Below, in pieces: positions 9,752 through 18,263 of a DNA stretch of 64,000 nt. Source of the DNA: Rickettsiales bacterium (lineage in GTDB: Bacteria > Pseudomonadota > Alphaproteobacteria > Rickettsiales > SXRF01). The notes under the pieces are model-generated. The model did no database searches, was not told where the DNA came from, and was given only the letters and a program-made list of their open reading frames with translations. Numbering within the stretch: position 1 is the stretch's first letter; each line of letters starts with the position of its first letter. The position numbers and the translations under genes were made by a program. The stretch is taken from the NCBI GenBank assembly GCA_025464625.1, contig JAOAUZ010000005.1, positions 203 to 64,202 of the forward strand, given 5' to 3'.

Positions 9752-10345
9752 TTAAGGATAGAGAAGTGATATTTCCCAATCATTACTTTTATTATTGCCA
9801 TTGCGTGTAAAAACTTCGCGTTCATGCAAACGGAAATCACCCTGCTGCCAGAATTCAATTCTATTAGGTATTATTCTCCAACCCGACCAGAAAGGAGGGC
9901 GCGGTACAGAAGTGCCTTCATACTCTGCCATTTTATTAGCAATATTTTGCAACAATTCCACTCTCTCTGGCAGAATTTGCGATTGCTGTGATACCCAGGC
10001 ACCAATTTGGCTGTCGCGTGCGCGAGTGGCAAAATACTTATCGGCCTCAGCATCACTCACCGCTTCAATTTTTCCTTCTACTCGAATTTGCCTCTCCATA
10101 GGCATCCAATAAAAACATCCAGCCGCTTTCGGGTTTTGTTTTATCTCAACACTCTTGCGACTATTCAAATTAGTATAAAAAACGAAGCCGCGCTCATCCA
10201 AACCTTTGAGTAACACCATACGCACTGACGGAGTGCCGTCTTTTGTGCAGGTTGCCAGCGACATAGCTGTCGGTTCGATTATATTTGGGTTTTTCTTAGC
10301 CTCATCCAGCCAGTGTGAAAATTGTTTGATAGGATTCTTTGTCAT
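9752..10345 (-). CDS. pdxH: pyridoxamine 5'-phosphate oxidase
   Basis: '..RMVLLKG.DERGFVFYTN..SRK' and C-terminal 'IEFWQ.G..RLH.R..F' are the PdxH signature; 197 aa. Confidence 0.92.
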   Translation of the reverse strand: MTKNPIKQFSHWLDEAKKNPNIIEPTAMSLATCTKDGTPSVRMVLLKGLDERGFVFYTNLNSRKSVEIKQNPKAAGCFYWMPMERQIRVEGKIEAVSDAEADKYFATRARDSQIGAWVSQQSQILPERVELLQNIANKMAEYEGTSVPRPPFWSGWRIIPNRIEFWQQGDFRLHEREVFTRNGNNKSNDWEISLLYP

Positions 10346-10420
10346 ATAATTTCCAAGTTAGAATTGTCATCGAATGGAAAGTGTATAGTAGCATCATTCA
10401 TTTAATAAATAAATAAAACA

Positions 10421-10439
10421 AAAATCCCACATGTGGATT
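10421..10439. promoter_or_regulatory. candidate operator, copy 1 (aaaatcCCACATGTGGatt)
   Basis: Contains the perfect 10-bp palindrome CCACATGTGG. An identical 19-mer repeats 40 bp downstream, in the divergent pdxH/sdhC intergenic region. Confidence 0.4.
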
Positions 10440-10460
10440 AGCTATATTTTGTTTAAGAAT

Positions 10461-10479
10461 AAAATCCCACATGTGGATT
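10461..10479. promoter_or_regulatory. candidate operator, copy 2 (aaaatcCCACATGTGGatt)
   Basis: Identical 19-mer, about 85 bp upstream of the sdhC ATG. Confidence 0.4.
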
Positions 10480-10563
10480 TTATGTTGTTTATTTTTTTAT
10501 GGATTATTTGCATGGCTGGGGTATATAAGAATACAAGTTTTTTTAATTTGATTGGAATAGGTT

Positions 10564-10959
10564 ATGTCTAAAATTACCCGTCCGCTTTCTCCACACCTTT
10601 CTATTTATCGTCCGCAAATCACATCGTTCCTCTCTATAATTCATCGCATGACTGGTGTTGCTTTATATGCTGGGCTTGCGTTGCTGATTGTTTTTTTATG
10701 GGTGGTGGCATATTCACCAGCAAATTATGATGAGCTACATAAGTGTTTATCGTCATTTTGGGGTAGGTTGTTTTTATTTGGTTGGACGTTTGCTCTCTAT
10801 TTTCATCTATTTAACGGTATTCGCCATTTATTCTGGGACATAGGCAAAGGTTTTAGTCTTTCTTCAGTGAATGTGAGTGGTTGGCTTGTTGTTGTACTTA
10901 CGTTTATTGCCAGCTTTATTAGCTGGATTGCAGCTTATCATAATGCAGGAGTTTTATAA
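10564..10959 (+). CDS. sdhC: succinate dehydrogenase cytochrome b556 subunit
   Basis: 'RPLSPHLSIYRPQITS.LSI.HR.TG' is the SdhC signature; 131 aa with 3 predicted TM segments. Confidence 0.92.
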   Translation: MSKITRPLSPHLSIYRPQITSFLSIIHRMTGVALYAGLALLIVFLWVVAYSPANYDELHKCLSSFWGRLFLFGWTFALYFHLFNGIRHLFWDIGKGFSLSSVNVSGWLVVVLTFIASFISWIAAYHNAGVL

Positions 10960-10961
10960 TC

Positions 10962-11381
10962 ATGAAAAAAGAAGATTCTTCTGATCTCCGCAGTAAATTG
11001 AGCAAAGCGCGCGGGCTTGGTTCTGCCAAACATGGTGTTTCCCATTGGTGGCTGCAACGAGTTACTGCCATTGCGATGATTCCATTGTTTATTTGGTTTG
11101 TAACTGCGATTGTTTCGGTGATGATTTCTCCTGAGCATAAACAGGTTGCTAATTGGTTTGTTTCACCTGTAAACGCACTGCTGCTGGTGTTGCTTGTTTG
11201 CGCTATGTTCTATCATGCTAAACTTGGTTTGCAGGTGGTGATTGAAGATTATATCAAATGCCCATGTACAAAATACGGCTTGCTTATCGGCAATAATTTT
11301 TTCTGTATTGCGGGTGCTGTTGTTTGTATCTTGGCGGTTTTTAAACTGCATTTGTTCATTCAGTTTTTTAAAATCGGATAA
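10962..11381 (+). CDS. sdhD: succinate dehydrogenase hydrophobic membrane anchor subunit
   Basis: 'GSAKHGVSHWWLQRVTAIA' is the SdhD motif; position is between sdhC and sdhA. Confidence 0.9.
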   Translation: MKKEDSSDLRSKLSKARGLGSAKHGVSHWWLQRVTAIAMIPLFIWFVTAIVSVMISPEHKQVANWFVSPVNALLLVLLVCAMFYHAKLGLQVVIEDYIKCPCTKYGLLIGNNFFCIAGAVVCILAVFKLHLFIQFFKIG

Positions 11382-11408
11382 TTTAGTTTTTTTTAAGAAG
11401 AGTATCAT

Positions 11409-13199
11409 ATGACCTTAGCCTATAAAATTATAGATCATTATCATGATGTTGTTGTCGTTGGTGCTGGTGGAGCTGGGCTTCGCGCTACTTTCGGCATGGC
11501 AGCAGCAGGGCTTAATACTGCCTGCGTTACTAAGGTGTTTCCAACTCGCAGCCACACTGTAGCAGCGCAGGGTGGGATTTCTGCGGCGCTGGGCAATATG
11601 GGGCAGGATGACTGGCGTTGGCACATGTATGATACCATCAAAGGCTCTGATTGGTTGGGTGATCAGGATGCTATCGAGTATATGTGTAAAAATGCTATGG
11701 AAGCGGTTGTTGAACTTGAGCATTATGGTGTTCCGTTTTCACGCACTCCTGATGGCAAAATTTATCAGCGTCCGTTTGGCGGAATGACCACAGATTATGG
11801 CAAAGGTACGGCACAACGTACTTGTGCAGCGGCGGACAGAACGGGTCATGCAATTTTGCATACGCTATACACGCAGGCACTGCGCCATAAAGCGCAATTT
11901 TTTGTTGAATATTTTGCCACTGATTTACTCATGGATGATGATGGCTCTTGTCGTGGCGTAATTGCGTGGAATCTTGATGACGGCACTATCCACCGTTTCA
12001 ACGCGCATATTACTGTGCTGGCTACTGGCGGTTACGGGCGCACATATTTCTCCTGCACTTCAGCGCATACCTGCACTGGTGATGGCGGTGGAATGGTGGC
12101 GCGGGCAGGGCTTCCGCTTCAGGATATGGAATTTGTACAATTTCACCCAACAGGAATCTATGGCGCGGGCTGCCTGATTACCGAGGGTGCGCGCGGTGAA
12201 GGTGGCTATCTGGTTAATTCTGAAGGTGAACGTTTTATGGAACGTTACGCGCCATCGGCGAAGGATTTGGCTTCGCGCGATGTGGTATCGCGGGCGATGA
12301 CGATGGAGATTCGTGCTGGTCGCGGTGTTGGACCACTTAAAGATCATATTTATCTGCATCTCGATCATCTAGATCCAAAAGTTTTACATGAGCGTTTACC
12401 GGGGATTTCTGATACTGCAAAAATTTTCGCTGGTGTGGATGTTACCAAGCAGCCGATACCAGTTCTTCCGACTGTGCATTATAATATGGGTGGAATTCCT
12501 ACCAATTATCACACTGAAGTTGTTACCCTTAAAAACGGTAATCCTGATAGCGTGGTGCAGGGGCTTATGGCGATTGGTGAGGCTGGCTGCGTTTCTGTGC
12601 ACGGTGCGAATCGTCTTGGTTCAAATTCACTGCTTGACCTTGTGGTGTTTGGCAGAGCAGCGGCAATTCGTGCAGCGGAGCTGATAAAATCGGGAATGCG
12701 CCATAAACCAATTAATCAATCTGCGACTGAAAAAGCTTTGGCGCGTTTTGACAAAATTCGTAATGCTAATGGTGGCTTAAAAACTTCTGAAATTCGTCGT
12801 AATATGCAGCGTTCAATGCAAAGCCATGCTGCAGTTTTCCGTGAAGAGCAGGTTCTTAGCGAAGGCGCATCGCAAATGGCAGAAATTTGGAAAAGCTACG
12901 ATCAACTCAAAATTTCTGACCGCACTTTGGTGTGGAATAGTGATTTGGTGGAAGCTTTGGAACTTGATAATCTTCGTAGCCAAGCACTGATAACTATTGC
13001 TAGTGCGCTTAATCGTCAGGAAAGCCGTGGCGGACATGCGCGAGAAGATTTCCCAGAGCGTGATGATAAAAACTGGATGAAGCACACTCTGGCGTGGATT
13101 GATGACAAAGGCAAAGTTGCATTTGACTATCGCCCAGTGCATCTGAATACACTTTCTAACGAGGTGCAGCCAGTGCCACCAAAGGCAAGGGTGTATTAA
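11409..13199 (+). CDS. sdhA: succinate dehydrogenase flavoprotein subunit
   Basis: '[13 protein letters not shown]', '[10 protein letters not shown]' (covalent FAD His) and the '..PKARVY' C-terminus; 596 aa. Confidence 0.96.
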   Translation: MTLAYKIIDHYHDVVVVGAGGAGLRATFGMAAAGLNTACVTKVFPTRSHTVAAQGGISAALGNMGQDDWRWHMYDTIKGSDWLGDQDAIEYMCKNAMEAVVELEHYGVPFSRTPDGKIYQRPFGGMTTDYGKGTAQRTCAAADRTGHAILHTLYTQALRHKAQFFVEYFATDLLMDDDGSCRGVIAWNLDDGTIHRFNAHITVLATGGYGRTYFSCTSAHTCTGDGGGMVARAGLPLQDMEFVQFHPTGIYGAGCLITEGARGEGGYLVNSEGERFMERYAPSAKDLASRDVVSRAMTMEIRAGRGVGPLKDHIYLHLDHLDPKVLHERLPGISDTAKIFAGVDVTKQPIPVLPTVHYNMGGIPTNYHTEVVTLKNGNPDSVVQGLMAIGEAGCVSVHGANRLGSNSLLDLVVFGRAAAIRAAELIKSGMRHKPINQSATEKALARFDKIRNANGGLKTSEIRRNMQRSMQSHAAVFREEQVLSEGASQMAEIWKSYDQLKISDRTLVWNSDLVEALELDNLRSQALITIASALNRQESRGGHAREDFPERDDKNWMKHTLAWIDDKGKVAFDYRPVHLNTLSNEVQPVPPKARVY

Positions 13200-13210
13200 A
13201 TACTACTATC

Positions 13211-13296
13211 TGTCATCCCCGCGCAGGCGGGGGATCTAGAGTCCCAATCTCGGTCAGTGTATTTTGCCCTAGATCCCCGAGTAAATCGGGGATGAC
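13211..13296. repeat. GTCAT double-hairpin palindromic element, copy A (GC-stem subtype)
   Basis: tgtcat-ccccgc-gcag-gcgggg-gatctag ... ctagat-ccccg-agtaaat-cgggg-atgac. Lies 12 bp after the sdhA stop, between convergent genes. Confidence 0.8.
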
Positions 13297-13313
13297 GACT
13301 GTGGGTGAATAAC

Positions 13314-13718
13314 TCAAAAGATTGCTCGTAATTCTCTAATCAAAAGTTCTGCCTTTTCTGGTGCGTATGGGGTTGGTGGAAGGCTAACATTCCACACTGG
13401 GTTTGGCCATGCTGCATCATTTTCAAAGCGGGCGATGATGTGGATATGCAGTTGCGGAACAACATTACCGAGCGTTGCCACATTCATTTTATCTGCGCCA
13501 GTAAATATAGAAAAATGCTTGGTAATGGCGCGCACCTCGCTCATCATCTGTTCATAATCAACCTGCTCCAGATCAAAAATTTCTTTTATTTCAGGGCGCA
13601 TGGGAACGAGTATCAGCCACGGGAAATTACTGTTATTTTGCAAGTAAACACGGCATACCCCAAGATTATTAATCGGCAGGCAATCTTTCGCTAATTGCGG
13701 GTGGAGTAGCGCGGTCAT
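13314..13718 (-). CDS. HIT family hydrolase
   Basis: Histidine triad 'PQLHIHIIAR'; 134 aa. Confidence 0.85.
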   Translation of the reverse strand: MTALLHPQLAKDCLPINNLGVCRVYLQNNSNFPWLILVPMRPEIKEIFDLEQVDYEQMMSEVRAITKHFSIFTGADKMNVATLGNVVPQLHIHIIARFENDAAWPNPVWNVSLPPTPYAPEKAELLIRELRAIF

Positions 13719-13721
13719 AAA

Positions 13722-15014
13722 CTACCCAAAAACTCTCTTGAAAATAGTATCCACATGTTTGGTATGATAGCTAGGGTCGAATAGTGATTTTAGAACATCT
13801 GGCGACAAGCGATCCGTAACTTCCTTATCCGCACATAGCTCTGTCAGGAAGTCTTTACTTTGTTCCCAAACCTTCATGGCGTTGCGTTGCACGAAACGAT
13901 AGGAATCTTCACGGCTAACGCCTGCTTGAGTGAGGGCGAGCAGCACACGTTGCGAGAAAACCAACCCACCGAGCTTGTCCATATTTTGTTTCATGCGCTC
14001 TGGATAAATCACCAGCTTGTCAATTAATCCAGCAAGGCGGGTGAGTGCGAAATCCATCGTCACCGTTGCGTCTGGTGCAATCATTCGTTCAACTGATGAA
14101 TGGGAAATGTCGCGCTCATGCCACAGTGCAACATTCTCAAGGGCAGGGGTGACATAGCCACGCACCAAGCGGGTAAGCCCAGTAACATTCTCAGAAAGCA
14201 CAGGGTTGCGCTTATGGGGCATGGCGGAACTACCTTTTTGCCCTGCTGAGAAAAATTCTTCTGCTTCCAGAACTTCGGTGCGCTGCAAATGGCGAACTTC
14301 GGTGGCGAGGCGTTCCATAGAACTGGCAATAACGCCAAGAGTTGCAAAATACATAGCGTGGCGGTCACGCGGGATAACTTGCGTAGAAACAGGTTCAATC
14401 TCTAGCCCTAATTTTTTTGCAACATATTGTTCCACATATGGGTCAATATTGGCGAATGTTCCCACCGCACCAGAGATGGCGCAGGTGGCAATTTCCTTGC
14501 GGGCAGCGATTAGTCGTTCTTTGCAACGGGTAAATTCTGCGTAATATCCAGCGAGTTTTAAGCCAAAGGTAAGTGGTTCGGCGTGGATTCCGTGGCTTCT
14601 GCCAACAGTTACAAAATCCTTGGTTTCAAAAGCGCGGTGCTTAATGGCGGCAAGCAATATATCCATATCGGCAAGTAAAATATCCGTGGCGCGGGTAAGC
14701 TGCACAGAAAGGCAGGTATCCAGCACGTCTGAGCTAGTCATTCCTTGATGTAAAAAACGCGCATCATCGCCCACATATTCGGCAACGTTGGTAAGAAATG
14801 CGATAACATCATGTTTAGTGGTGCGCTCAATTTCATCAATGCGAGTAGGGTCGAAGCTGCCTTTTTCCCAAATGGTTTTAGCTGCTGACTTAGGAATAAC
14901 ACCAAGTTCTGCCAGCGCATCGCAGGCATGGGCTTCAATCTCAAACCAGATTTGATATTTTGTTTGGTCTGTCCAGATAGCGACCATTTCAGGACGGGAA
15001 TAGCGAGGAATCAT
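13722..15014 (-). CDS. purB: adenylosuccinate lyase
   Basis: 'MIPRYSRPEM..IW', 'GSSAMPHKRNP' fumarate-lyase signature; 430 aa. Confidence 0.95.
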   Translation of the reverse strand: MIPRYSRPEMVAIWTDQTKYQIWFEIEAHACDALAELGVIPKSAAKTIWEKGSFDPTRIDEIERTTKHDVIAFLTNVAEYVGDDARFLHQGMTSSDVLDTCLSVQLTRATDILLADMDILLAAIKHRAFETKDFVTVGRSHGIHAEPLTFGLKLAGYYAEFTRCKERLIAARKEIATCAISGAVGTFANIDPYVEQYVAKKLGLEIEPVSTQVIPRDRHAMYFATLGVIASSMERLATEVRHLQRTEVLEAEEFFSAGQKGSSAMPHKRNPVLSENVTGLTRLVRGYVTPALENVALWHERDISHSSVERMIAPDATVTMDFALTRLAGLIDKLVIYPERMKQNMDKLGGLVFSQRVLLALTQAGVSREDSYRFVQRNAMKVWEQSKDFLTELCADKEVTDRLSPDVLKSLFDPSYHTKHVDTIFKRVFG

Positions 15015-15055
15015 GTGCGTGCCTTATCAATTAATTTCTAACGATATTATTATTC

Positions 15056-15691
15056 TTAATACGCAACTGGCACTGGGTCAAGCGAACGCCACAAATACCA
15101 TGTGGCAACGGAGCGATAGGGTTTCCATCTTTGGCTTAACTCAAATATTTCTGCTAGAGTCATTTTTTGTTCATTATTATAATGGCGGAAAATGGCTTTT
15201 TGTAAGCCAATATCAGCAAGGGGCAGAATATCAGGGCGGGCAAGGTAAAAAATCATGAACATTTCTGCCGTCCAGCGACCAATACCGTTAAGAGATGTAA
15301 GTTCGCTTATTATTTCGTCATCAGATAAATTATTCCAGTTTTTTATATGTGCTTTGTTTTCTATAAAATGTTCGGCAAGACCATGTAGGTAACGCACTTT
15401 TTGCGCAGAAAGACCGCATTCGCGTAAGGCTGTTTCGTTGGTTTTTATTGCGGATTTTGGAGTCACTTCACCAAGCTGATTTTCAAGCCTTTTCCACACC
15501 GTATCAGCAGCTTTCACCGATATTTGTTGCCCGATTATCGAACGCGCCAATGTGTAAAAAGCATCGCCACGCACAGTTAGAATTTCACCATGATAATGAC
15601 TAATTATTTTACCCAATATCTTATCGTTGGTGAGGATGTGCGATTTTGCATCGTTCCAGTAATGTGGGTGCATAAAATTCCTTATTGTCAT
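15056..15691 (-). CDS. DNA-3-methyladenine glycosylase II family (HhH-GPD)
   Basis: HhH 'LNGIGRWTAEMFMIF' followed by 'PDILPLADIGL' (catalytic Asp region). The ATG at 15691 lies inside repeat B; an alternative ATG is at 15673. Confidence 0.8.
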   Translation of the reverse strand: MTIRNFMHPHYWNDAKSHILTNDKILGKIISHYHGEILTVRGDAFYTLARSIIGQQISVKAADTVWKRLENQLGEVTPKSAIKTNETALRECGLSAQKVRYLHGLAEHFIENKAHIKNWNNLSDDEIISELTSLNGIGRWTAEMFMIFYLARPDILPLADIGLQKAIFRHYNNEQKMTLAEIFELSQRWKPYRSVATWYLWRSLDPVPVAY

Positions 15692-15763
15692 TTCGAGTAT
15701 AGCGAGAAATCTTTGCGATTGATTTAATATTGCAAAGATCCCTCGACTAAGCTCGGGATGACA
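15686..15763. repeat. GTCAT double-hairpin palindromic element, copy B (GAG..CGA-loop subtype)
   Basis: tgtc-atttcgag-tatag-cgagaaat-ctttgc / gcaaag-atccctcg-actaag-ctcgggat-gaca. Abuts the pheT stop codon (15764). Confidence 0.85.
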
Positions 15764-18262
15764 TTATTGCCTGAGTATTCCGCCGAAACCTTTGCTGGCA
15801 GATGATATTATCGCATTGCTCACAGATGTAATATCTGCATCGGTTAGTGTGCGTTCGAATGATTGTAGAGTTACTTTCACCGCCACCGATTTTTTGCCAG
15901 TATCAACGCCTTTGCCACTATAAACGTCAAAAATTTCTACGTTGGTTATCAGGTTTTTCTCAGCTTTGTTTATTTCTTTTTCAATGGTTGCAGCTGTTAC
16001 ACTGTCATCAACTATAAACGCGAAATCACGCTCTACAGCTTGATAATCAGAAATTTTTAGTTGTGGTTTTGCTGTGCCTTTGCTGCGTGAAACAGGAATT
16101 GCATCTAAGAAAATTTCAAATGCGGCAACTGCTCCTTCAAGGTTAGGATTGGTAATTTGATTTATAATGTCAGAAGCGTCTATTGTTTTCTCACGAATCT
16201 CTCGCCATTCTATATCAAAATCGTTGCTTGTTTTTGGATGAATTTCACCAAAATAACCAAGTATGGTTTTACCGAGAACAAAAGCCCCGCTGCGGTTTGG
16301 ATGGTAGTAAGAAGGGAGATTTGTAGTGCTTATTTCAAATTTATTTACACCGAGGCTTTCCAGTATCGCGATTGCGTCGGCTTTAGCAGTCAAAGGCAAC
16401 AAAGGAAAAACTTCTGCTTTGATAAAATTCTGTTTATTCAGCTTATATGCGTTACCATACATTTTTATCTTGCGTACGAAACCATCTTCAACAATATTTC
16501 TTTCTGTCCTTATTCCACAAGCAACCATTTTCTGTCCATCAGGCGTGATGTCATGGAATTGCAAACCAACTTCAAAGAGGGAAATATTTTTGAAGTCACG
16601 CGCAGCGTTGCGTTTTGCGGCATCGAGCAAGTTGGGAAGAAGGCTCGGGCGCATAGTATCTAAATCTGCACTGATAGGATTTAGCAGAGTGAGCGCGGGG
16701 TTATTGCCACCAAACACTGCCGCCTGTGCAGCGGGAATGAACGACCATGTTTGCGCTTCCATCATGCCACGCCCAGCAAGTAAACGCTTGGCAAGATGCA
16801 CACGTTTCTGCGATAGGCTTAATATAGCAGGTGTAATCTGTGGATTTTTTGGCAGTGGTGTTGACGGAATATGTTCATAGCCATAAATCCGCAAAACTTC
16901 TTCAACCAAATCTGCTTCACCTTCAATATCAGCGCGCCAAGATGGTGGGGTAACAATTTTATTGTTTATGGTAAAGCCAAGATTTTTTAGAATTTCCAAA
17001 GATTTTTCAGCAGATATATCAACACCACCTAAAGATTTTACACGCTGCGGGTTAAAGCTGATTTCACGTTCCCATTCAGGAGTTTTTCCGCAGGTAACCA
17101 GCTCGCTTGCCTGCCCACCGCAGAGTTCCATAGTCATCGCCACGGCGCGTTTTGCAGCTTCTTCCACAAAAGCAACATCCACGCCGCGCTCAAAGCGATA
17201 GCGCGCATCAGAATCAATCTGCAAAACCCGCCCAGCTTGTGCAACGCTCGCTGGTTCAAACAAAGCAATTTCTAAAAATACATCAGTGGTTGTTTCAGTG
17301 CAGCCAGTTTCGCTGCCACCAATAACGCCACCAATTGCGACTGGTTTTTGCGCGTCAGCAATCACTGTTGTCCCAGTTGGCAGTTCATATTCCTTGCCAT
17401 TTAGAGCAGCTAGTTTTTCACCAGCTTTTGTTTCTCTAACTGTTATATTGCCATTTAATTTTTTAGCATCATAAACATGCAGTGGACGACCGAGATCAAA
17501 AGTAAAATAGTTGGTGATGTCCACTAGTGCGGAGATTGATTTTTGTCCGATTGCTTCCAAGCGTTTTTTTAGCCACTCAGGGCTTTGTCCATTTTTTACA
17601 TTTTTTATATAACAACCAATAAATTGCTCACAGTTTTTAGTTTCTATGGAAACAGAAATTGGCGAAGGAAAACTAGGACTATAATTTATTGTTGGTAACG
17701 GTTTTAATGTTCCTATTCCCGCTGCTGCGAGGTCACGCGCAACCCAACGCACACCAAGGCAATCAGCACGGTTAGGGGTAATGGCGATGTCGATGATTGG
17801 GTCGTTCATGCCCATAACATCAGCGACTTTTGCGCCGATTTTTGCTTCGGGAAGTTCTATAATTCCTTCGCTGCTGGTGGCGAGTCCTAATTCCTCCAGC
17901 GAACAAAGCATGCCATTGCTTTCCACACCGCGTATTTTTGTTTTTTTGATGGTCATGCCATTTGCAGGAATCACCGTTCCTTCTTTGGCGAGGGCAACAT
18001 ATAAACCAGCGCGGGCGTTGGCAGCACCGCATACGATTTGTAATTCACCAGCATCACTTTCAACTTTGCACACTTGCAATTTATCAGCTTCAGGGTGGCG
18101 AGTTGCTTCTAATATTTTAGCAACTGTAAAAGCAGAAAGTGACGCGCCTCTATCTTCAATGCTTTCTAATTCCAGTCCAATCGCCGTCAATTTATCAGTG
18201 ATTTCTTGCAAGGAAGCGGTAGTTTCCAGATGATCCTTTAGCCATGAGAGAGTGAATTTCAT
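15764..18262 (-). CDS. pheT: phenylalanine--tRNA ligase beta subunit
   Basis: 'MKFTLSWLKDHL' N-terminus (start moved to ATG 18262, 1 nt after the pheS stop). B3/4, B5 and FDX-ACB regions are recognisable. Confidence 0.94.
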   Translation of the reverse strand: MKFTLSWLKDHLETTASLQEITDKLTAIGLELESIEDRGASLSAFTVAKILEATRHPEADKLQVCKVESDAGELQIVCGAANARAGLYVALAKEGTVIPANGMTIKKTKIRGVESNGMLCSLEELGLATSSEGIIELPEAKIGAKVADVMGMNDPIIDIAITPNRADCLGVRWVARDLAAAGIGTLKPLPTINYSPSFPSPISVSIETKNCEQFIGCYIKNVKNGQSPEWLKKRLEAIGQKSISALVDITNYFTFDLGRPLHVYDAKKLNGNITVRETKAGEKLAALNGKEYELPTGTTVIADAQKPVAIGGVIGGSETGCTETTTDVFLEIALFEPASVAQAGRVLQIDSDARYRFERGVDVAFVEEAAKRAVAMTMELCGGQASELVTCGKTPEWEREISFNPQRVKSLGGVDISAEKSLEILKNLGFTINNKIVTPPSWRADIEGEADLVEEVLRIYGYEHIPSTPLPKNPQITPAILSLSQKRVHLAKRLLAGRGMMEAQTWSFIPAAQAAVFGGNNPALTLLNPISADLDTMRPSLLPNLLDAAKRNAARDFKNISLFEVGLQFHDITPDGQKMVACGIRTERNIVEDGFVRKIKMYGNAYKLNKQNFIKAEVFPLLPLTAKADAIAILESLGVNKFEISTTNLPSYYHPNRSGAFVLGKTILGYFGEIHPKTSNDFDIEWREIREKTIDASDIINQITNPNLEGAVAAFEIFLDAIPVSRSKGTAKPQLKISDYQAVERDFAFIVDDSVTAATIEKEINKAEKNLITNVEIFDVYSGKGVDTGKKSVAVKVTLQSFERTLTDADITSVSNAIISSASKGFGGILRQ

Positions 18263-18263
18263 A

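Noticed and set aside
15764-18262. Apparent Lys/Asn/Ile-rich insertions in PheT (for example '..EWREIREKTIDASDIINQITNPNLE..' and '..VRKIKMYGNAYKLNKQNFIKAEVF..') as possible in-frame repeat insertions.
   Set aside because: The underlying DNA shows no palindromic or repeat structure. Without an alignment I cannot show they are insertions rather than normal lineage-specific loops.
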